Below, piece by piece: positions 58,312 to 64,000 of a stretch of DNA of 64,000 nucleotides (its first letter is position 1; every line of letters starts with the position of its first letter). Source of the DNA: an uncultured Gammaproteobacteria bacterium. Lineage in GTDB: Bacteria > Patescibacteriota > Microgenomatia > CAZETR01. The stretch covers positions 1,954 to 65,953 of the forward strand of contig CAZETR010000033.1 in assembly GCA_964514545.1 (NCBI GenBank). Reading direction: 5' to 3'. The notes beneath the pieces were generated by a model. That model did not search any database. It worked only from the letters and a program-made list of their open reading frames with translations, and had not been told where the DNA came from. The translations under genes and the position numbers were made by a program.

Positions 58312-59442
58312 TTACCTCAGTCCTCCCGTGACCCTAACCCTCTTTAAAAAAGCTTCATCGTCCCAACATTTTCCGCACCCGATGACCACACACGATTGGG
58401 GCAAATCAGCAGTCCAAACCGGAAGCTTGGACTCCTCGGCCACAACGCTGTCAAGCCCGGTCAAAAGAGCCCCGCCACCGGTAAGAACCACTCCTTTCTC
58501 CACAATATCGGAAACGAGCTCCGGCGGTGTAGCTTCAACTATATCCTGGATTAAGGTCACAATTTCCCGAACCACCGGGGATATCGCCTCACGCACTTCA
58601 GCCTCCAAAATTTTAAGCGACATCGGCAGTCCCGTTTCCAAACTTCTCCCCCGCACAACCATGGCCCTTTCCCGCTTTGGCTCCTTCTCCCCAAGCCCTT
58701 CCATCGAGTCCAAACGAAACCGTGAAGTTTTTTCAGTCGCACTCCCGATCGCAATTTTTACCTCTTCCGCCGTCTGATCCCCCAAAAGTAAAGAGTGCTT
58801 AAGCCGCAGGTAATTAACTACAGCCATATCCATTGCCTCCCCAGCACTAAGAATAGATCTGTGAATTACTATTCCGCCCAGTGAAATAACCGCAGCTTCG
58901 GTCCTCCCCGCCCCAATAGTTACGACCAAGGCTCCGTTTGATTCCTCCACCGGGATCCCGGCCCCGATGGCCGCAGCCATAGGCTGTTCTATTAAATAGG
59001 TCTTTCTGGCTCCGGCCGACATGACTACTTCCTGAACGGCCCTTCTTTCGACCTCAGTTACTCCGGAAGGGATGGACACTACGACCCGGGGACGGGGAAT
59101 TTTGGGAATCACCTGCCCTCCCAGATGTACCTGCCGGATAAAAGCCGACGCCATGGCTAAAGTTGCGTCAAAGTCGGCAATCACTCCCCCTACAATCGGC
59201 CTCACTGCCTCGATTAAGGCCGGAGTTTTGCCAATCATTTTTTTGGCCTCCGTTCCCATGGAAAGAACCTGTTTGGTTTTCCGGTGCCTGGCCACAACCG
59301 AGGGTTCACGAACAACAACTCCTTTTCCCTGCACGTAGACCTGCGTGTTCGCCGTCCCCAAGTCAAGTCCAAGATCATAAGAGAAGAGAGAGAAGAAGGA
59401 GTCAAACATATAGGGCAAATATACACTAGCTCTCAGCACCAC
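58312..59442 (-). CDS. mreB: rod shape-determining protein MreB
   Basis: Actin-fold motifs 'GLDLGTANT', '…VTIGAGRTE…'. Confidence 0.9.
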   Translation of the reverse strand: MVLRASVYLPYMFDSFFSLFSYDLGLDLGTANTQVYVQGKGVVVREPSVVARHRKTKQVLSMGTEAKKMIGKTPALIEAVRPIVGGVIADFDATLAMASAFIRQVHLGGQVIPKIPRPRVVVSIPSGVTEVERRAVQEVVMSAGARKTYLIEQPMAAAIGAGIPVEESNGALVVTIGAGRTEAAVISLGGIVIHRSILSAGEAMDMAVVNYLRLKHSLLLGDQTAEEVKIAIGSATEKTSRFRLDSMEGLGEKEPKRERAMVVRGRSLETGLPMSLKILEAEVREAISPVVREIVTLIQDIVEATPPELVSDIVEKGVVLTGGGALLTGLDSVVAEESKLPVWTADLPQSCVVIGCGKCWDDEAFLKRVRVTGGLR

Positions 59443-59900
59443 AAAACACCCAATTTAACCAATCTGTTAAAATGGGCGCTCTAAATTAATCAGTTACAAT
59501 TGTGGAATCAAAGATTAACATCTGGGGTAAACCAGGCTACCTCTTGCCCGACGGAGAAATGTGCCAGGCATGCTGCGTCGGCGGCTGGGTTCCTGAACTT
59601 GATAAACTTCCCAACAATCCTTGCCGCTTTCAGTGCAAAAACGGCTGTTCTCTCCACAATCAAGGAGGACAACCGAATCGCTGCCAAAGCTACCATTGCT
59701 CAACAGACACAAACCCAAACAGATTGGCACATTTTATCCATATCGCTCTTGTCCTTTCCCTGGTCACCCAAACAGAAGCAAGTTCCGCATTCGGCACACT
59801 TCCTCCACCACAAATCGTTGAAGACATTCCCGAAGCTTATAGGTCAGAGGCTGATATCGTAAACTATCTACTAAAACAAAAACAGCCTAGATAAGGTAAA

Positions 59901-60290
59901 ATGCTTACCATGAACTCTATATCCGTTGTCATTATCCCAAGTTGGGAAAAGCGAGACGAAGAAAAAAAACCGTACTACCAAGCAGTCTATACTCGATTCA
60001 ACGACGAAAAAATCAGTGTCGGCTTTGCTCCAAATCGAGGAGTATTCATCAAGATGCTCGGCTTAATTATCAGGCAGGAGAAAAGTTATGTATTTTTAGT
60101 AGGACCTGAAGCAACCCCCCAGGATAGAAGAGAAATAAACGAATTATTAGTAAGGGCTAATTTCGATCCGAGATTAACATTTGAACTAACAGAAATTCTA
60201 AACCCGGATACACCGTTGGGAGAGCAACTAAAAGAAATTTACAGAAGAATGTCTCGCGAGACAGAGCTACCGAATAGATTAGAGAGATGA
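59901..60290 (+). CDS. hypothetical protein
   Basis: ORF only. Confidence 0.3.
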   Translation: MLTMNSISVVIIPSWEKRDEEKKPYYQAVYTRFNDEKISVGFAPNRGVFIKMLGLIIRQEKSYVFLVGPEATPQDRREINELLVRANFDPRLTFELTEILNPDTPLGEQLKEIYRRMSRETELPNRLER

Positions 60291-60315
60291 GGCTAACGCC
60301 CGTCATTTCTGCCAC

Positions 60316-60819
60316 ATGCCAAATAACACCAAAGATAGTCAAGTATACATCGTTGATGACGACACATTGGGCACTAGAAACAGGTACAAAGTTGCTAAAA
60401 CATTGAGAGAGAGAGGAGTTCCCGCCACCGTCATAGGTTCCTTCACTGAACTTAAAAGGCTATTCAAAGCCAATGCAATCAACCCAAATGCCCTTTTTGT
60501 AATGGATTCAACACTGATTGAACCGGGTCACCTTTATGATTTTTACGACACAGTGCCATGGCTAGTCACCGAAGGAAAAATTAAACCCAGTCAAATAATG
60601 CCCGCATCAAGCGCGCAAGGGGGTTTCGAAATGAACGACAGCCTCAGAGCATGGTTCGAAGTAAAATTCGGCTATATTGCCCCTCTGGAGCAGCAAAATC
60701 TGGCCATTACCGGCCTCACGGGGGACCCTGTCGAATTAGCAAAGTCAATTATCAATTATCTCGAGAGGATGGTCACCCCCACTGAAGGACAGGTCGAGGG
60801 AGAATCAACTAGATGGTAA
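60316..60819 (+). CDS. hypothetical protein
   Basis: ORF only. Confidence 0.3.
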   Translation: MPNNTKDSQVYIVDDDTLGTRNRYKVAKTLRERGVPATVIGSFTELKRLFKANAINPNALFVMDSTLIEPGHLYDFYDTVPWLVTEGKIKPSQIMPASSAQGGFEMNDSLRAWFEVKFGYIAPLEQQNLAITGLTGDPVELAKSIINYLERMVTPTEGQVEGESTRW

Positions 60820-60828
60820 ACTTAACAG

Positions 60829-62967
60829 ATGGATATAATTCGGCAGAAAAACATCCATTCAGTCGTATTTGTTCTCGTCTTTTTAACCATCCCCATTATT
60901 GCCACCCCACTCAACTCCGAGCTTTTCGAATTCAATAAAATAGTCATTTTATATACACTAACGACTATTGCAGTTGGAGCCTGGATCGCCAGGATGATTT
61001 GGGAAAAGCGAATTATCATCAAACGCACCCCGTTTGATATTCCCCTGCTCCTCTTTCTCGCCTCGCAGATCCTCTCAACCATTTTCTCCATCGACCTTCA
61101 CACCTCAATCTTCGGCTACTATTCCAGGTTTAACGGCGGACTTCTTTCGACAATCTGTTATCTGCTGCTTTATTGGGCATTCGTCAGCAATATAGATGCA
61201 AGGCAAGCCAAAGCTATTTTAAAAACCACCCTTTGGACCGCCGCCTTCGTCGCTATCTGGGGAATTCTGGAGCACTTTGGCCACTCGCCCAGCTGTCTAA
61301 TTATTACAGGCAAGTTCAACGCCGAGTGTTGGGTCCAGGACGTGCAAAACAGAGTGTTCGCTACCCTGGGGCAACCGAATTGGCTGGCAGCTTACCTGGT
61401 TGTGCTTATCTTTATTCCAGTCTCAGAAACAATAGCAAATATTAAAAATCAAAGATCGAAAATACAAATAAAAAACTTAAATATAACTATCCTTGCCAAT
61501 TTAGCTATCTCGCTTCTTTTATTCGCCTGCCTGTTATTTACCAAGTCGAGATCTGGAATTCTGGCTTTCGCCATCTCATCGCTCGCCTACTGGACTCTTC
61601 TAATCATCAAGACCAGAGACGCAAAATTTCTAGTCAAACCATTTTTGGTATTTAATATTTCATTTTTAATTTTAGTCGCAACGTTTGGCACTCCCTGGAC
61701 ACCATCACTTGAAAGCTATCTAAAATCCCGATCCCAATCCCCGATTACATCCAAGCCTCAACCAGCCGACTTACTTATATCCGAATCGGGCGATATCAGA
61801 AAAGTTGTCTGGAAAGGAGCCATTAACCTGTGGAAACTAAAGCCTGTTTTTGGCTCCGGGGTCGAAACCTTTGCCTATGCCTATTACTGGACCCGACCGC
61901 CAGAACACAATCTCCTTTCCGAGTGGGACTTTGTCTATAACAAAGCGCATAACCAGTATCTTAATCTGGCCGCAACCAGCGGAAGCATCGGTTTACTAAC
62001 TTACATTTTGGTGATAGGGACGGCTGTTCTTATATTCCTCAAGCCACAGGCCACAAGCTCCAATGATTTGGGATTTCTGCCCGCGGCTCTGGCTGCCGGA
62101 TGGTTTAGTATTTTAATTACCAACTTTTTCGGCTTTTCGGTCGTGCCGGTGGACCTGCTCTTTTTTCTCCTGCCCGCCATTGCAACCGTAATCCAAGCTC
62201 AATCACCCGACCCCAATTATCAAACTCAATTCTCCCGTCTTCAACAGGGCTTCGACGGGGAACCAAATCTCAAATCTCAAATCTCTATCCCGCAAGTCAC
62301 CGGCCTCGCATTTATCTCTATCTCAACTCTCTATCTTCTCATCTCAATCGGACGTTACTGGTTTTCTGATTTTCACTACGCCAAATCAGTTACTTTTTCC
62401 AAAACAGTCCTGACCCTCCCCGACGCATTTGATGAAATCAGAAACGCCATTCGTCTAAACCATAGCGAACCGATTATGCTCGACCGCCTATCCTCAATTT
62501 CCACCGATATCGCCGGCGCCACCAAAAACAACGCGTCCATTTCCGCGCAAATGAAAGACCTGGCAGTGGCTGCCAGCGACGAAGCAATAAGACTTTCCCC
62601 TTACAATTTAACGCTTCTCCAAAACCGGGCAGCTAACCTAAACTCGCTCACATCGCTCGATCCGTCCCTTTTCCCCCAATCCGTCGCGGCTCTCCAAGCG
62701 GCAATCAATATCTCACCCAGCTTCCCCAAGTTCTACTACAACCTGGGTGTAATCTACAGCCAAAAAGGAATTTTTGATCCCGCGATAGAAAATCTAAAAA
62801 AAGCCTATCAACTTAAGCCCAACTACCAAGAACCGCTTTTGGCGCTTGCCCAGATTTATGATAAAGAAAAGGACCAAAAAACTGCCCTTGAATATTACCG
62901 AAAGCTTCTCGAAATAAACCCCTCCAATCCGATAGCGAAACAAAAACTAGGCCTGCCCGCTAATTGA
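60829..62967 (+). CDS. O-antigen ligase/polymerase-like (Wzy_C) membrane protein with C-terminal TPR repeats
   Basis: ~10 TM helices with large periplasmic loop, C-terminal TPR-like 'YNLGVIYSQKG…AYQLKPNYQE…'. Confidence 0.55.
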   Translation: MDIIRQKNIHSVVFVLVFLTIPIIATPLNSELFEFNKIVILYTLTTIAVGAWIARMIWEKRIIIKRTPFDIPLLLFLASQILSTIFSIDLHTSIFGYYSRFNGGLLSTICYLLLYWAFVSNIDARQAKAILKTTLWTAAFVAIWGILEHFGHSPSCLIITGKFNAECWVQDVQNRVFATLGQPNWLAAYLVVLIFIPVSETIANIKNQRSKIQIKNLNITILANLAISLLLFACLLFTKSRSGILAFAISSLAYWTLLIIKTRDAKFLVKPFLVFNISFLILVATFGTPWTPSLESYLKSRSQSPITSKPQPADLLISESGDIRKVVWKGAINLWKLKPVFGSGVETFAYAYYWTRPPEHNLLSEWDFVYNKAHNQYLNLAATSGSIGLLTYILVIGTAVLIFLKPQATSSNDLGFLPAALAAGWFSILITNFFGFSVVPVDLLFFLLPAIATVIQAQSPDPNYQTQFSRLQQGFDGEPNLKSQISIPQVTGLAFISISTLYLLISIGRYWFSDFHYAKSVTFSKTVLTLPDAFDEIRNAIRLNHSEPIMLDRLSSISTDIAGATKNNASISAQMKDLAVAASDEAIRLSPYNLTLLQNRAANLNSLTSLDPSLFPQSVAALQAAINISPSFPKFYYNLGVIYSQKGIFDPAIENLKKAYQLKPNYQEPLLALAQIYDKEKDQKTALEYYRKLLEINPSNPIAKQKLGLPAN

Positions 62968-62985
62968 CAGGGTTCAACCCTGTCA
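62965..62985. repeat. REP-like palindrome TGACAGGGTT-C-AACCCTGTCA (copy 1), overlapping the stop codon of the upstream gene
   Basis: Perfect 10-1-10 palindrome read directly. Confidence 0.85.
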
Positions 62986-62998
62986 GTCAAAATCACAG

Positions 62999-63686
62999 AG
63001 TGCCTTCAAAGAACACAATCAAGAACTATCTCCCCGAACACTACTATCACGCCTATAACCGAGGTGTCGAGAAACGCGACATTTTCATGGACGACCAAGA
63101 TTACCGAGTATTTCTATCCCTTATAAGACATCTCCTCACGCCAAAAACGGGTAGCTACTCCCACCCAATAACAGCCGTGACAGGGTTGAACCCTGTCAGA
63201 ATGCGGCAAATAGGCAATATCTCATCTGAAGTACAACTAGTAAGCTACTGCCTCATGCCAAACCATTTCCATTTATTAATCTGGCAAAAGACTCCCCTTG
63301 GCATGAAGAAATTGATACAAAAGCTTTGTACAAGTTACTCTATGTATTTCAATAAAAAATACTCTCGAGTCGGTCACTTGTTTCAGGGAATATACAAAGC
63401 TGTAAATATTGAAGGCGACAGCTATCTTCTCCACCTCTCAAGATACATCCACCTCAATCCGACCGACGTCGAAATAGACTACAAAACCTATCCCTATTCA
63501 AGTTATAAATATTTTCTTTCAGAAAAACCTCCGGTATGGCTTTATCCAAACCACATTCTTGAATACTTCAAACAAACGTCACCAATTAAGCCCATCGCAG
63601 AGGAGAAATTCAATTCCTACAAATCATTTGTCGAGGATTATTCCGAAGACTCGCGCAACATACTTCAAAATTATTGCGTTGATTAG
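62999..63686 (+). mobile_element. Y1 HuH transposase, REP-associated tyrosine transposase (RAYT)/IS200-like TnpA
   Basis: 'YHAYNRGVEKRDIF', HuH motif 'YCLMPNHFHLLIW', catalytic Tyr region 'YKAVNIEGDSYLLHLSRYIHLNP'; ORF-track TTG start at 62964 lies inside the REP, GTG at 62999 more plausible. Confidence 0.7.
63178..63198. repeat. REP-like palindrome copy 2 (TGACAGGGTT-G-AACCCTGTCA) located inside the transposase coding sequence, in frame
   Basis: Read directly; encodes …TAVTGLNPVRM…. Confidence 0.85.
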
Positions 63687-63692
63687 CCCCAA

Positions 63693-63711
63693 GACAGGGT
63701 TCAACCCTGTC
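63693..63711. repeat. REP-like palindrome copy 3 (GACAGGGTT-C-AACCCTGTC) just 3' of transposase stop
   Basis: Read directly. Confidence 0.85.
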
Positions 63712-63758
63712 ACTCTATCAAGCGCTCCACTTGGCATATAAGCTGGTAAAATACACTC

Positions 63759-64000
63759 ATGACACAAATCGTGAAGGTGCCGGCCGAGGTGTTGCGAAAT
63801 CCGGCCAAAAAAGTCGAAGGGGTTGACAAGAAAGTGTTAGGTATTATCGAGGAAATGCGAACTGCCCTACTGGCCCAAAAAAACCCTGAAGGCGTGGGGC
63901 TGGCCGCCCCGCAGATTGGCATTTCCCTGCGCATTTTTTTTATCCGCCCCTTCACGGAAGGAAGCAAAGCCAAACCGGAACCAAAACTGTTTATTAATCC
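63759..64000 (+). CDS. def: peptide deformylase (5' part, runs off window)
   Basis: ATG at 63759; motif 1 'EGVGLAAPQIG'; no stop before window end. Confidence 0.8.
   Translation, partial: MTQIVKVPAEVLRNPAKKVEGVDKKVLGIIEEMRTALLAQKNPEGVGLAAPQIGISLRIFFIRPFTEGSKAKPEPKLFIN

Noticed and set aside
59500-59894. Two overlapping plus-strand ORFs (120 and 130 aa) upstream of mreB
   Set aside because: Mutually exclusive frames, Cys/Gln-rich non-protein-like composition; region treated as non-coding/possible ncRNA instead.
59443-59900. Strand-switch region as chromosomal origin (oriC)
   Set aside because: No dnaA/dnaN nearby and only one or two weak DnaA-box-like 9-mers (TTATCCATA); a second, convergent switch lies only 52 kb away.

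Overview
This window looks like a 64-kb stretch of a small, gene-dense bacterial chromosome, about 40-45% GC outside one island. The gene content resembles Patescibacteria/CPR: reduced housekeeping operons, a short EF-Ts, a giant NHL-repeat surface protein, many small membrane proteins. This lineage call is inference, not a search result. Most genes run on the minus strand between ~7.4 kb and ~59.4 kb.

Clear housekeeping genes include hisS, prfA, rpmE, rpsF-ssb-rpsR, ychF, cysS, dnaX-ybaB-recR, rpsU-yqeY-ybeY, proC-proS, rseP, rpsB-tsf-X-frr, folD, glyA, dcd-thyX(like)-tmk, topA, dprA, mrdA and mreBCD, plus a partial def at the 3' end.

The most notable features are:
1. A ~6.3-kb high-GC (~65%) island at ~19.4-25.8 kb. 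It carries a minus-strand operon of a vWA lipoprotein, an XpaC-like membrane protein, a PBP-like protein, a TelA-like protein and an SPFH/band-7 lipoprotein, followed by a strong terminator. This is a Ter/TelA-type membrane stress module, almost certainly horizontally acquired.
2. A secreted collagen-like (Gly-X-Thr)n protein next to the island.
3. A 26-30 bp AT-rich perfect palindrome present four times. Two copies bracket a TrpR/YerC-like HTH gene, one lies upstream of rpsB, and one sits in a convergent gap.
4. A Y1 HuH (RAYT/IS200-like) transposase flanked by three copies of a 19-21 bp REP-like palindrome, one of them inside the coding sequence.
5. A family of short AT-rich heptamer-like tandem repeats (GATTTGA/GGGATTT, and CTCTAT-type). 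They fill almost every intergenic spacer of the minus-strand operons and also occur as in-frame low-complexity insertions in essential genes (cysS, recR, topA, hisS, folD, rseP).
6. A RelE/ParE-RHH toxin-antitoxin pair with an anomalous 107-nt overlap.
7. pyrH is absent from its usual slot between tsf and frr. A 382-aa protein with a C39-like cysteine-peptidase signature sits there instead.

No rRNA, tRNA or CRISPR array was recognised.
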